From the NCBI GenBank assembly GCA_036337765.1, contig JAYZDP010000161.1, positions 3,021 to 67,020 on the forward strand: DNA of 64,000 nucleotides, in the 5' to 3' direction. The translations under genes were made by a program, and so were the position numbers. Under the pieces are notes generated by a model. That model was not told the origin of the DNA, did not search any database, and was given only the letters and a program-made list of their open reading frames with translations. Below are positions 1 through 9,868 of the stretch, piece by piece (position 1 is the first letter of the stretch; each line of letters opens with the position of its first letter). Source of the stretch: Acidobacteriota bacterium. Its GTDB lineage: Bacteria; Acidobacteriota; Thermoanaerobaculia; Multivoradales; Multivoraceae.

Positions 1-2
1 TG

Positions 3-236
3 CTGGCAGATCCGCCCGATGGGACCTTCAAGCAGGGTGGTCAGCTCGATGCCGGCCACTTCGCCCGTGCGGTCCGCTACGCCGAGCTGGGAGAGCTCGA
101 GTCCGCGCTCCAAGCTCTCGACCTCGCCCTCGACGGCCTCGAGTGGCAGACTCAGTGGCTGGCCGTCGACCCGACCTGGGATGTCCTGCGTGACGACGTG
201 CGCTTCGCCGCGCTGCTGTCGCGAGCTGGCCTCTAG
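3..236 (+). CDS. 3' end of an upstream gene (partial), TPR/regulatory-protein-like C-terminal tail
   Basis: Open frame from the window edge to TAG at 234-236. The tail reads ...WLAVDPTWDVLRDDVRFAALLSRAGL. Its stop overlaps the convergent aldolase stop. Confidence 0.35.
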   Translation: MADPPDGTFKQGGQLDAGHFARAVRYAELGELESALQALDLALDGLEWQTQWLAVDPTWDVLRDDVRFAALLSRAGL

Positions 237-1279
237 GAAACTGCGCTCTCCATGTCGGGGGAGTAGTCGCCGTGTCTGGCTGCGCCGTTCAGGCGTGCAC
301 GGTGGTGAAAGGCCTCCTGACCGGCTGCGAGGTTCTCCGGCGCGCCGCCCCAGGCAGCCAGCGCCGATGCCTGCAAGGCCCGGCCGTAGGAGAAGCTCAG
401 CTGCCACGGTAGCCCGCCGTGCTGCGTGCCGATCTTGTTCATGGCGTCGAGGTGGGCGGTCGCCTCGACTTCGGTCTGGCCGCCGCTCAGGAAAACGATC
501 CCTGGCAGCGCCACGGGTATGGAGCGCTGAAAACATTCCACGGTCGCCGATGCGACCTGCTCCGTGGACGCCTGCTGCGGACAGTCGCTGCCGGGTAGCA
601 CCATGTTGGGCTTCAGTAGGATCTCTCGCAGGTCGACGCGGTGGTCGTAGAGACGGGCGAAGACTTTGTGCAGGGCGCGCTCGGTCACCTTCGAGCAGGT
701 TTCAATCGAGTGCGTTCCGTCCATCATGACCTCGGGCTCGACGATCGGCACAAGACCCTGCTCGACCGACAGTGCGGCGTAGCGCGCCAGGGCGTGCGCG
801 TTGGCGTCGAGGCAGTAGTCGCTGGGGAGGCCACTCGAGGTGTCGATGTTGATCACCGCGCGCCACTTGGCGAAGCGGGTGCCGAGCTGGTGGTACTCGG
901 CGAGCCGCTCACGTAGTCCGTCGAGGCCCTCCGTGATTTTCTCGCCCGGAGCTGCGGCGAGGTCCTTCGCCCCCCTGTCGACCTTGATACCTGGCACGAT
1001 GCCCTTGGCGGTCAGGAGCTCCGCGAAGCTGCGGCCGTCCTCCGTCGACTGGCGCAGCGTCTCGTCGAAGAGAATGGCTCCGCTGATGAATTCCTCGGCG
1101 CCCGCCGTGGTGAAGAGCATGCCGCGATAGGCGCGACGGCTATCTTCCGTGGACTCGACCTGGATCGAGTCGAAACGCTTCTGGATCGTCGGTGTCGACT
1201 CGTCGGCGGCGAGTATGCCGCGTCCTGGAGCCACGAGTTGGCTGGCAGTTTCACGTAGTTGAGAGTTGCTTGTCATCAT
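233..1279 (-). CDS. fba: Fructose-bisphosphate aldolase, class I (eukaryote-type)
   Basis: 348-aa ORF. The N-terminus ...GRGILAADESTPTIQKRF... and the stretch LKPNMV...FLSGGQ are typical of class I FBA. Confidence 0.9.
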   Translation of the reverse strand: MMTSNSQLRETASQLVAPGRGILAADESTPTIQKRFDSIQVESTEDSRRAYRGMLFTTAGAEEFISGAILFDETLRQSTEDGRSFAELLTAKGIVPGIKVDRGAKDLAAAPGEKITEGLDGLRERLAEYHQLGTRFAKWRAVINIDTSSGLPSDYCLDANAHALARYAALSVEQGLVPIVEPEVMMDGTHSIETCSKVTERALHKVFARLYDHRVDLREILLKPNMVLPGSDCPQQASTEQVASATVECFQRSIPVALPGIVFLSGGQTEVEATAHLDAMNKIGTQHGGLPWQLSFSYGRALQASALAAWGGAPENLAAGQEAFHHRARLNGAARHGDYSPDMESAVS

Positions 1280-1308
1280 CGTCCTGCTGCAAGTTCCGGG
1301 GCTCCCGA

Positions 1309-1872
1309 TTATCCCGCATTCGTCGAGCTGACGCGCTCGAGGAGGTTCTCCAGGATCTCGACTCCGGCGCCGGCGATGGTGACTGGGCCGATGTGTGCGA
1401 TGCGAACCCAGACATTCTCCTCGCCCACCTGGACGGTGCGCTCTTCAACCAGCGACGGGGAGCGTGCAGCGACCAGGGGTAGGGGCGTCTGGTCGCGACC
1501 CGCGTGGTCCTGCGTGTCCGTCTGCGGAGGTGGAACGACCGCCACGCAGGGCACCACGGTTTCGCCTGTGGGAGCTGCGACGTGGTCGAGCTCTCCCAGC
1601 GGCATGAGCCGTTCAGAGTCGACCTCGAGCGTCGACGCGGCGCGACGTGCGGCCTGCCACGCCTCTTCGCTGGAGCTCACTTCGGCCGAGGGAAAGACCG
1701 CTCCGCCGCTGCCGGCCCCGCTGGCGCGTGACAGCAGCACCCATAACTGCCCGGCGTCGACATAGAGCGCCACCAGCGCGGCGTGGCGTTCGGCATCGGT
1801 CTGGAGCGGGCGTGGTGGCGGAGTCGCCAGGCGCTCCTGTACGTGGAGAATCCAGCTGGTCGTCGGGTCCAT
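1309..1872 (-). CDS. Hypothetical protein, NUDIX/CoA-pyrophosphatase-like with a degenerate Nudix box
   Basis: 187-aa ORF. Layout ...VLLSRASGAGSGGAVFPSAEV..EEAWQAARRAASTLEV resembles NudL-type proteins, but the REx2EE residues are not conserved. Confidence 0.35.
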   Translation of the reverse strand: MDPTTSWILHVQERLATPPPRPLQTDAERHAALVALYVDAGQLWVLLSRASGAGSGGAVFPSAEVSSSEEAWQAARRAASTLEVDSERLMPLGELDHVAAPTGETVVPCVAVVPPPQTDTQDHAGRDQTPLPLVAARSPSLVEERTVQVGEENVWVRIAHIGPVTIAGAGVEILENLLERVSSTNAG

Positions 1873-1913
1873 GGCTCGAGTCTAACGGTGGTTGCGGGTC
1901 GGCTCCCAGCGAC

Positions 1914-3521
1914 TCATATCGACGATTCGAACGGTGCCACGGCGAGCGGCTCGAATTTCGGCGCCCCGGTCACCATCGGCAGGATCCTGAGCCGTGCCGG
2001 ACCCAGAGGCCTGCGCAACGGCACGCGAAACAGGTACTTGGAGCCGGGATTCAGATCGAGCGGGAGCTCCGGCCACGCGGTGGCCGCGTTGATATCGATG
2101 CCGGTTAGCTCGTCCCACACTTGAACCCATAGTGACACGCCCCCTGCGCCGCGGCGGGCACCGAGCCAGCGGCAGGCACCGGTATTCTTCAGCCGGACTT
2201 CGAGGTCACGAGCCTCGCCGGCGGGCCATGTCTCGAAGCCCTGTACTTCCATCGTGCCGGTCGTGTCCCTCGAGGTGAGGCTTGTCGGCGCAGGAACGGT
2301 CGCTGCGGTGGGGGTACCAGGCGCGTGTTCGGTGAACTCGACGCAGGCATCGACGATGCGGCGGGCGACGAGGTCTGGGTCGTGTTCGCGGGCGACGAAA
2401 GCTCGCGCGTCATCTCCCATCTGCTCCAGACGGCCCGGAGTCTCGAGCAGGTCCCGGACCTTTGTCGCCAGGGCCTCGACCTCGTCATCGCCGACCACGA
2501 CTTTGAGCGCGCAGGCATCGGGGAGCTCTGCGAACTGTGCGTAGTCGGAGACCAGGCTCGGCCGGCCCATGGCGAGCAGGCGAAGCAGGGACGCCGAGGT
2601 CTCCCCGGCGGTCGGATAGCGCAGGTTGACACACAGATCTGCCGTGGCCATGGCCTGGCCGAGCTCGTCGCGGCTGAGGTAGCCGCACAGGTGAACGCGC
2701 TCTGAAGCGCCGGCTTCGGCGGCTTTGGCTGCAAGGTCGAAGCTCGGTGTCACCACGCCGACGATCAGGAGATGCACGTCCGTCAGCTCGGGCCGAGCGA
2801 GGGCTTCGATGACCACGTCCGTGCGCTTGATGGGTGTCTGAAAGCCGAACGAGCCGAGCACTGGCGCGTCCTCGGGAATGCCGAACCTGCGACGCAGCTC
2901 CGCCCCCTGGCTCCGATCGGCCCGCTCTCGCAGGGGCATCGGCATGGGAATGACCCGCACCTGTGCGTCCTCGATGTCTTCCGCGATGCGGTCAGCGGCC
3001 CACTGGCTGTGGACTAGCACTCCGCGCTGCAGCTGAATCAATCGACGATGACACGGCAGCGAGAAGAGAGGGGCCGCCCCGTAGGCGTTCCAGCGTGGGG
3101 GCTCGGCGACCGCCGCACCGATCCAGCCGTGGTCGTGAACCAGGGTCTCGCGATAGGGCTCGATCTCGCCTCTCGCCAGGGTGCGCTCGTGCAGGAGGTG
3201 GTGGAGGAAGAGATCGTGGAGGGTCAGCAGGCCCGGCCGAGCGTGGGCACGGTCGAGGATCTCCAGGTGATAGACGTTGTTGCCCATCTGGTAGAAGGGC
3301 ACACGGCCGTCGGCACCGATTTCGGCCATCGACACCGGCTGCCACCTTTCGACGAGCTCGTCGGCGACCTCCTGGCCGTCCACCCGGACCACGCGCAGGT
3401 CGCAGAGGGCACCGAGTGCCGGGATCAGGTCGGCGCTGTAGTCCGAGATCCCCGACCGAACCGGGGGCAGCGGGGAGACGAAGTCCAACGCTAGATCGCG
3501 GCGGACCGAGCGGGTCGTCAT
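1914..3521 (-). CDS. Glycosyltransferase (GT4/GT1 family) with a C-terminal beta-sandwich-like extension
   Basis: 535-aa ORF with a GT-B fold signature (...GSFGFQTPIKR..., ...NLRYPTAGETSASLLRLLAMGRP...). Its ATG overlaps the prfB stop (ATGA at 3518-3521). Confidence 0.75.
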   Translation of the reverse strand: MTTRSVRRDLALDFVSPLPPVRSGISDYSADLIPALGALCDLRVVRVDGQEVADELVERWQPVSMAEIGADGRVPFYQMGNNVYHLEILDRAHARPGLLTLHDLFLHHLLHERTLARGEIEPYRETLVHDHGWIGAAVAEPPRWNAYGAAPLFSLPCHRRLIQLQRGVLVHSQWAADRIAEDIEDAQVRVIPMPMPLRERADRSQGAELRRRFGIPEDAPVLGSFGFQTPIKRTDVVIEALARPELTDVHLLIVGVVTPSFDLAAKAAEAGASERVHLCGYLSRDELGQAMATADLCVNLRYPTAGETSASLLRLLAMGRPSLVSDYAQFAELPDACALKVVVGDDEVEALATKVRDLLETPGRLEQMGDDARAFVAREHDPDLVARRIVDACVEFTEHAPGTPTAATVPAPTSLTSRDTTGTMEVQGFETWPAGEARDLEVRLKNTGACRWLGARRGAGGVSLWVQVWDELTGIDINAATAWPELPLDLNPGSKYLFRVPLRRPLGPARLRILPMVTGAPKFEPLAVAPFESSI

Positions 3522-4607
3522 TGGCGCTTGCCCATCCGATCATTGAGCCACGCTTCGATGAACGGCTTCAGGTCGCCGTCAAGCACGCGACCGGCGTCGC
3601 CGACCTCGGTGGAGGTGCGGTGGTCCTTGACCATGCGATAGGGGTGCAGCACATAGCTGCGGATCTGGCTGCCCCAGGCGATCTCCTGCTTCTCGCCCTC
3701 ACGGGCCGCCTGCTCCTCGGCGCGCTTCTTCATCTCGAGGTCGTAGAGACGGGCGCGCAGAATCTTCATCGCGGTGGCGCGATTCTTGAATTGCGAGCGC
3801 TCGTTTTGGCAGGTGACGACGGTGTTGGTCGGCAGGTGGGTGATGCGCACCGCGGAATCGGTGACGTTGACGTGCTGTCCGCCCGCGCCCGACGAGCGGT
3901 AGGTGTCGATGCGCAGGTCCTTGTCGACGATGTCGATGGCAACGTCGTCGTCGACCTCAGGATAGACGTAGATCGAGGCGAACGAAGTGTGGCGCCGGCT
4001 CGCCGCGTCGAATGGGCTGATCCGTACCAGGCGGTGAACACCGATCTCGCTGCGCAGGTAGCCGAAGGCGTAGGCGCCGCGCAGTGCCATGGTGACGCTT
4101 TTGATGCCCGCCTCGTCGCCCTCGAGGCGGTCGAGGATCTCGACCTCGAAGCCCTGCCGCTCCGCCCACCGGATGTACATGCGCATCAACATCTCGGCCC
4201 AGTCCTGCGACTCGGTACCGCCGGCGCCCGGATGGATGGCGACGATGGCGGGCCGCTCGTCGTCCGGGCCGCCGAGCTTCAACTGCAGCTCGAGCGCGCC
4301 GAGGTCGCCGTCGAGTCGCGCTGCGAAGGCCGCCACGTCGTCAGCGACCGAGCTGTCTTCGGCCAGGAGCTCGCGCCAGGTCGCGAGCTCGTCGGCGTCT
4401 TCGCGCATCCGTAGCACGACCTTCATCTTCTTCTCGGCCGAGGCGCGCTTCTGTAGGACCGTCTTGTTGTCGTCCGGGTTCTCCCAGAACGCGGGGTCCT
4501 CCATGGCCTTGTCGAGCTCGGCGAGCTCCTGCTCTACTTCGGAGCCCTCAAAGAAACCCCCGGAGCTCTTCCAGGCGGCTGGCGAGCTTTTCGAGGTCGG
4601 AGCTCAT
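3518..4607 (-). CDS. prfB: Peptide chain release factor 2, expressed via programmed +1 frameshift
   Basis: Frame A runs from ATG 4607 (MSSDLEKLASRLEELRGFL) to an in-frame TGA at 4550-4548. The +1 frame continues EGSEVEQELAELDKAMEDP... into the 328-aa ORF, which carries the SPF and GGQ (SGAGGQHVN) motifs. Confidence 0.9.
4548..4561 (-). promoter_or_regulatory. prfB +1 frameshift site (internal SD-like GGGGG, slippery CTT, TGA)
   Basis: The minus strand reads CGG GGG TTT CTT TGA G. The E. coli site is AGG GGG TAT CTT TGA C, with the same 3-nt spacing between the SD-like element and CTT. Confidence 0.8.
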
Positions 4608-4609
4608 CG

Positions 4610-6127
4610 TTAACGGCCCCGCCGTAGGGGGGGCCGCCGGAATATAGCAAAGGCCCCTAGCAGCACGCAGACCCCTCTGGCGAGCCACGGGCGCCGCGCG
4701 AAGGGCGTCGTCGAGGTGGACGGATGGACCTCGGCGACCAGCACGCCCTCATCGCCGACGCCGAGCCACTGCTCGAGAGAACCGTCCGGACCAATGACCG
4801 CGCTGATCCCGGTCAGGGCCGCGCGGACCATGGGCTTACGGTTCTCGGCGGCGCGAAAGCGGGCGGCGCGCAGGTGCTGCCACGGCGCCCAGCTGTCGCC
4901 GTACCAGGCGTCGTTGGTCATGCTGACCAACACTGTCGCGCCCTCGCGCGCCACGGCCGCCACCTCGTCGGCGAAGATCACCTCGTAGCAGATCGAGAGA
5001 CCCAGCCGCTCGCCCTGCCAGGGCAGGAGGCTGAGCTCCTTCGAGGCGCTGAAGTCGCCGGCGTTTCGGGCCAACGTGCCGATAAAGGGCATGACCTCGG
5101 CGAGCGGCGCGTACTCACCGTAGGGCACCAAGTGGCGTTTGTCGTACGAGTCGCGACGTCCGACTTCGTCGATCAGGAACGCGGAGTTGTAGACGCGGTC
5201 GTCCTCCCACCGGGGCGAGCTCAGAAGTAGGTGGCAGCCGGGTCGCGTGACCAAGCGCGTGTCGACGTTCAGGCGCGGGTCGCGCTGGATTGAGAAGGGA
5301 AAAGCGGCGCTCTCGGGCCAGATCACGAGATCGCCAGCGCAATCTTCGGGTGTGAGCTCGAGCAGGCGTGAGTAGTGGTGCTCGATCCTCTCTGTGTCGT
5401 CCCAGCGGAGGATCGGTGTATTCGGTTGTACTAGATGGATGCGGCGCGTCGGGCCGGCGTCGACAGACGTCGCCGGGCGGGCTGCCAGAGCGAGGGCCGC
5501 GATAGGGACTGCGAGGCCTACGACCGCCTGTTGCCAGCGCAGACGCGACAGCGTCAGCGCCAGACCGGTGTTGGCTAGCACGACGAGGTACCCCACCCCG
5601 TACGGTCCGATCCAGGCGCTCAGCTCGAGCGCTCCTGGCACCTCGATCCAGGCGTATGCGGCCAGATTCCAGGGGAATCCGCTCACCAACACCGTCCGGA
5701 ACGCTTCGACGATGACCCAGAGGGCCGGTAGCGAGAAGAGGACGATCCAGGTTCCCTGGCGCCTCCATGCGATCGCGGCCAGCCAGCAGAAAACCGCATG
5801 AAACAGTCCCAGGTAGACGGCAAGGACGCCGAACAGCAGCCCGCCCACCCAGGGGCCCAGTTCGCCGTAGTTTCCGATCGTCGGCGCGATCCACGGGATC
5901 GAAACGAGCCAGAAGACGAAGCCGTGTATCCAGCCCCAGAGCCATGGCCGCCGCCGCTCGGCCAAGAGCACGAGGGGCGCTAGCGCAAGCCAGGGTAGAG
6001 CTACGAGCGCCTGCTCAGCGAAACTGAACGCCCACGGCAGCGCCCCCGCAATCGCGAGAAACGGTGAGATCCACAGGCTGTCTGTGGGGAAGGCGCCGCG
6101 GCGGGCGGCGCCTCCGTCAGGGTGCAC
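4610..6127 (-). CDS. lnt: Apolipoprotein N-acyltransferase
   Basis: 505 aa. Polytopic N-terminal half plus a C-terminal CN-hydrolase domain (...VIWPESA..., ...LGLSICYEVIFADEV...). Its stop lies 2 nt before the prfB ATG. Confidence 0.85.
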   Translation of the reverse strand: MHPDGGAARRGAFPTDSLWISPFLAIAGALPWAFSFAEQALVALPWLALAPLVLLAERRRPWLWGWIHGFVFWLVSIPWIAPTIGNYGELGPWVGGLLFGVLAVYLGLFHAVFCWLAAIAWRRQGTWIVLFSLPALWVIVEAFRTVLVSGFPWNLAAYAWIEVPGALELSAWIGPYGVGYLVVLANTGLALTLSRLRWQQAVVGLAVPIAALALAARPATSVDAGPTRRIHLVQPNTPILRWDDTERIEHHYSRLLELTPEDCAGDLVIWPESAAFPFSIQRDPRLNVDTRLVTRPGCHLLLSSPRWEDDRVYNSAFLIDEVGRRDSYDKRHLVPYGEYAPLAEVMPFIGTLARNAGDFSASKELSLLPWQGERLGLSICYEVIFADEVAAVAREGATVLVSMTNDAWYGDSWAPWQHLRAARFRAAENRKPMVRAALTGISAVIGPDGSLEQWLGVGDEGVLVAEVHPSTSTTPFARRPWLARGVCVLLGAFAIFRRPPLRRGR

Positions 6128-6827
6128 TCGGCGAGATCCAGCTTTCCAGGCCCCATCGATGCTCGAGCTCTGCCGCCTGTGTCTCGGCGAGCTGACGGTT
6201 GGGCAGCGGCCCGACCCTCACCCGGTACATGGCTTGCTCTGAGTTCTCGGAGGGCGCGAGGAAGGCCATGAAGTCGGCGTCGACGAGCCGATTGACCAGT
6301 CTCTCCGCCTTGGCTTTATCGGCGCTGGCAAAGACCTGAATGGTGAAGCCAGCGGTGACGGCGGGCGCTTCGGCGACTGGCTCGGCTTTCGCGTGGGGCG
6401 CAGCCGGAGGCGGTGTAGTGGATACTTGCTTGGGCTCCATCGCCTCCGGTGGCGGTGTCGGCTCGGCCACGGTCACGGCCTCGGTCGAGCGTCGCTTCTC
6501 GGCACGCTTTGGCTGGCGTGTGCGGTCTTGAGTGGGTTCGCGGGGCCGGGAGGGTGGCGGCTGAGCCGCGGCGACGGGCGTTTCTGGCTTTGGGTGGGAC
6601 GGCTCGTCAGCTTCTTCGGCGGAGAAGAAGCTGTACTCGCCGTTGACCTTGGGTAGATCCGGCGCCGCGGCGTCGGCGTAGGCGTAGGCGGGAGTCTCCT
6701 CTCCCGAGCCCTGGCCGAGCCAGACGCCGGCGAAGAACACGGCGATCAGCGCTGCGAGCAGGACCGCGAAGGCGGTCAGTACCTGGCCGTTGGTCATGGC
6801 GACCTGATAGTGGGTGTCTTCGCTCAC
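6117..6827 (-). CDS. SPOR domain membrane-anchored protein
   Basis: One N-terminal TM helix, a Pro/Ala-rich linker, and a C-terminal SPOR-like repeat ([18 protein letters not shown]...[15 protein letters not shown]). Confidence 0.7.
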   Translation of the reverse strand: MSEDTHYQVAMTNGQVLTAFAVLLAALIAVFFAGVWLGQGSGEETPAYAYADAAAPDLPKVNGEYSFFSAEEADEPSHPKPETPVAAAQPPPSRPREPTQDRTRQPKRAEKRRSTEAVTVAEPTPPPEAMEPKQVSTTPPPAAPHAKAEPVAEAPAVTAGFTIQVFASADKAKAERLVNRLVDADFMAFLAPSENSEQAMYRVRVGPLPNRQLAETQAAELEHRWGLESWISPSAP

Positions 6828-7609
6828 TGAGAGTCTCCTCCTTGGCCGCCCGTCTTGTCGCGAACGAAATCGAGAAACGGCTTCACGATGTCCATCGGTA
6901 GCGGAAAGAGAATGGTCGAGTTGCGCTCGGTGGCGATGTCGGTGAGCGTCTGTAAGTAGCGCAGCTGCAACGTCACCGGGTTCGTAGCCATGGTGTCGGC
7001 AGCCGTGGCGAGGGTGACGGCCGCCTGCTGCTCACCTTCGGCATGGATGACCTTGGCTCGCTTCTCACGCTCGGCCTCCGCCTGTTTCGCCATGGCCCGC
7101 TGCATTTCCTGCGGCAGGTCGACGTGCTTGACCTCGACCGAAGACACCTTGATACCCCAGGGATCGGTCTGCTTGTCGATGATCGCCTGCAGTTCTTCGT
7201 TGAGCTGATCGCGCTCAGTAAGGAGTTCGTCGAGCTCGGCCTGGCCGAGCACCGAGCGCAGCGTGGTCTGGGCGAGCTGACTGGTGGCGTAGTTGAAGTT
7301 CTCGACTTCGACCACGGCCTTATTCGGCTCGAGAACCCGGAAGTAGACGACTGCGTTGACCTTGACCGATACGTTGTCCTTGGTGATGACGTCCTGCGGG
7401 GGCACGTCATGAACGACAGTACGTAGTGATATTCGCACCATGCGGTCGATCGGCCACAGAATGAGTACCAGCCCCGGCCCCTTTGGCGCGTCGAGCATGC
7501 GCCCAAGCCGGAAGACGACGGCGCGCTCGTACTCGTTCAGCACGTTGATCCAGCGGAAGAAGACGATCGCGGCGAGCGCTGCGAGAACGACCAGAATCTG
7601 AATCATCAA
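6824..7609 (-). CDS. SPFH/band-7 (stomatin-like, slipin) protein
   Basis: 261 aa. N-terminal hairpin TM, then [11 protein letters not shown]...[20 protein letters not shown]...TTLRSVLG, typical of prokaryotic stomatins. Confidence 0.85.
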   Translation of the reverse strand: MMIQILVVLAALAAIVFFRWINVLNEYERAVVFRLGRMLDAPKGPGLVLILWPIDRMVRISLRTVVHDVPPQDVITKDNVSVKVNAVVYFRVLEPNKAVVEVENFNYATSQLAQTTLRSVLGQAELDELLTERDQLNEELQAIIDKQTDPWGIKVSSVEVKHVDLPQEMQRAMAKQAEAEREKRAKVIHAEGEQQAAVTLATAADTMATNPVTLQLRYLQTLTDIATERNSTILFPLPMDIVKPFLDFVRDKTGGQGGDSQ

Positions 7610-7623
7610 GCTCTCCTAGTTCG

Positions 7624-8940
7624 CTAAGCCGTGCCAGATAGTTGGACCTTGAGGGTCATTCCGTCGACCTCCAAGATCTCGATCTCCTCGCCCACGGCGA
7701 TCGGCGATTCGGAGATCGCGTTCCAGATCTCGCCGTGCACGGACACCTTGCCGCCCGGGTCGATCTGGGTGCGAGCCACGCCGTGCTCGTGAAGCAGCCC
7801 TTCCTGCCCGGTCGCTACGTGGCTGCGGTGCACGCGCAGGATGAGGGTCAAGAGCGTGACGACCACTGCTGTCGTGAACAGAGCGACCCCGAAGATGAGC
7901 TGCAGGCTGACCCGCACCGCCGGGTCGGGGCTGTCGAAGAGCAGGACGGACCCGAGCACCAGGCAGGCCACACCACCGGCCGTGAGCAGGCCGAAGCTGG
8001 GGACTTTGATCTCGAGCAGGAACAGGATCGCAGCGAGGATCATCAGCGCGATGCCGGCGTAGTTCACCGGCAGAACCGACAGCGCGTAGAAGGCCAGAAT
8101 CAGGCAGATGGCACCGATGACGCCGGGGAAGATCGCGCCCGGGTTGGAGAGCTCGAAGTAGAGCCCGAGCCCACCGAAGGTCATCAGCAGGTAGGCGATG
8201 TTGGGGTGCGCGATCGACGATCGCAGACGCTGAAAGAGTGTCATCTCGACCGCGACCATCCGTGCTTGTGCGGTACGGAGGATGACCTCGTCGTCGCCCT
8301 TGGTCACAGCTCGACCGTCCAGCGCTGCGACCAGGTCGTCGATGTCGTCGGCGATCAGATCGATGAGGTTCGCCTCGAGCGCCTCTTTGGCGGTGAAGGA
8401 TCGACTCTCGATCACCGCCGCCTCTGCCAGCTCCTCGTCGCGACCGTGTTGACCGGCGAGAGAGCGAATGTTGGCGGCCGCGTCCTGCTCGACCTTCTCG
8501 GCCATGACACCTTCTATATCTTCGCCCTGGCCACCGACCGGGTGAGCGGCGCCGGTGTTGGTGCCCGGAGCCATCGCCGCGATGTCGGCGCTCATGAGCA
8601 GGAAGAATCCCGCCGAGGCCGCCTGCGATCCCTGTGGCGAGACGTAGACCACGACCGGCATCGATGCCTCGAGCATCGCCGTCGAGATCTCCCGCGTCGA
8701 CGTCATCAGCCCTCCCGGCGTCGACAGCTCGATGATCAGTGCCTGCGCGTCTATGACGTCGGCCTCGACCAGCGCCCCGGCGATCACCTCGGCCGCCACC
8801 GGGTGGATGATCGAGTCGATCGCGACCGTGAGAATCGGACCCGGCGCGCCAACTTCTTCGTCGATCGCGTCGTCCGCTACGGCGCCGATGACGAGTAGGC
8901 TCGCGCCGAGCAGAAGCGCTGCGTTGCGCAACCTGGTCAT
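7624..8940 (-). CDS. NfeD-family membrane-bound ClpP-class serine protease
   Basis: Start chosen at MTRLRNAALLLG (signal-like). It has a ClpP-like domain (...LSTPGGL...ASAGFFLLMSADI...), 4-5 TM helices and a C-terminal OB (NfeD) domain. It sits upstream of the stomatin gene, the classic pairing. Confidence 0.8.
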   Translation of the reverse strand: MTRLRNAALLLGASLLVIGAVADDAIDEEVGAPGPILTVAIDSIIHPVAAEVIAGALVEADVIDAQALIIELSTPGGLMTSTREISTAMLEASMPVVVYVSPQGSQAASAGFFLLMSADIAAMAPGTNTGAAHPVGGQGEDIEGVMAEKVEQDAAANIRSLAGQHGRDEELAEAAVIESRSFTAKEALEANLIDLIADDIDDLVAALDGRAVTKGDDEVILRTAQARMVAVEMTLFQRLRSSIAHPNIAYLLMTFGGLGLYFELSNPGAIFPGVIGAICLILAFYALSVLPVNYAGIALMILAAILFLLEIKVPSFGLLTAGGVACLVLGSVLLFDSPDPAVRVSLQLIFGVALFTTAVVVTLLTLILRVHRSHVATGQEGLLHEHGVARTQIDPGGKVSVHGEIWNAISESPIAVGEEIEILEVDGMTLKVQLSGTA

Positions 8941-9764
8941 TGAATGATCGTCACCGCCGACCAGTCGACGGGCTCGGGCGCGTGGAAGGCAGACTCCGGG
9001 ATCGAGGTGAGAACCGCGATCTCGGTAAGCGCGAACTGGCCGCGGTTGCCCGACAGCTGGATCTCGCCATGGCGACTCCAGTCGGTCCAGGGGGTCACGA
9101 ACTGGGGCTCCTCGTCGGTGGCGTTCGGGTAGTAGGCCCACTGCTCGACCATCGATCGGTCCTTCGAGATCCACACGTGGTATTTGTTCTGCGGCGTGAC
9201 CCCGACGTCCGCGAATGTCATCTGGACGATATCCGCCGCCTGTCCGTCTTCGGTCTCACCTTCACTTATATAGGTGAGGGTGACCCCACTGTCCTTGAGT
9301 TTGTAGGGCATGAGCAGCCAGTAGGAGTCGTTGACCCACGCCTCGTAGCCCTGTTGCAGAGCTTTGGCGAGCTTCTCGGGATCCTCGATCGGCTCGCCGG
9401 CGACCCAGCTAGATCCTTCCCGGGTGTGAATGTTGACCAGGGTCAGCTGGTCCCCGTGCTCGTAGCGCACCTGGCCGGTCTCCTTGTCCCAGATATGGGT
9501 GCGTCCGTCAGGTGGCGGGTAGAAGAAGCGCCACGCGAGGTAGCGGGTGCTGTCCCAAGCGGCGCGACCGCCCATCGACTCCATTACGCGATCGGCCATT
9601 TCCATCGCGACGGCGTCGGAGCCGGCCTCGTTGAAGCCCTCGGCGGCCGGGTTGCCGAGGGTCGCCGGTGGCGGTGTCGGCGCCGCGTCTCGTGGCTCGC
9701 CGGGTCCGCCACACGCAATGACGGCTAGCGCCCCGATCACGGCCAGCAGGTGCAGCCGGTTCAT
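8937..9764 (-). CDS. Hypothetical lipoprotein
   Basis: MNRLHLLAVIGALAVIACGG lipobox. No recognisable domain. ATGA overlap with the nfeD start. Confidence 0.5.
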   Translation of the reverse strand: MNRLHLLAVIGALAVIACGGPGEPRDAAPTPPPATLGNPAAEGFNEAGSDAVAMEMADRVMESMGGRAAWDSTRYLAWRFFYPPPDGRTHIWDKETGQVRYEHGDQLTLVNIHTREGSSWVAGEPIEDPEKLAKALQQGYEAWVNDSYWLLMPYKLKDSGVTLTYISEGETEDGQAADIVQMTFADVGVTPQNKYHVWISKDRSMVEQWAYYPNATDEEPQFVTPWTDWSRHGEIQLSGNRGQFALTEIAVLTSIPESAFHAPEPVDWSAVTIIQ

Positions 9765-9868
9765 CGTCACCTCCGGATTTTTGTCTGGTCGCAAGGACCT
9801 CGGCCGCCAAAAAGTCTAACACGGTGCGGGGTTAGGAGAGCACCGGTGCCGCGCTATGCTATGCGGTC

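Noticed and set aside
2963-4414. A 483-aa plus-strand ORF.
   Set aside because: It is antisense to the glycosyltransferase and prfB. Its translation is an Arg/Gly/Pro-rich low-complexity string typical of shadow ORFs in high-GC DNA. The opposite strand carries clear family motifs.
7624-9174. A 78-aa N-terminal extension of the NfeD ORF. Similar long extensions occur on the pstS, ACP, diiron, cupin, FG-GAP and NHase alpha/accessory ORFs.
   Set aside because: The extensions overlap upstream genes and are compositionally non-protein-like. Internal starts give signal peptides, lipoboxes, SD sequences or ATGA coupling. I used the shorter coordinates.
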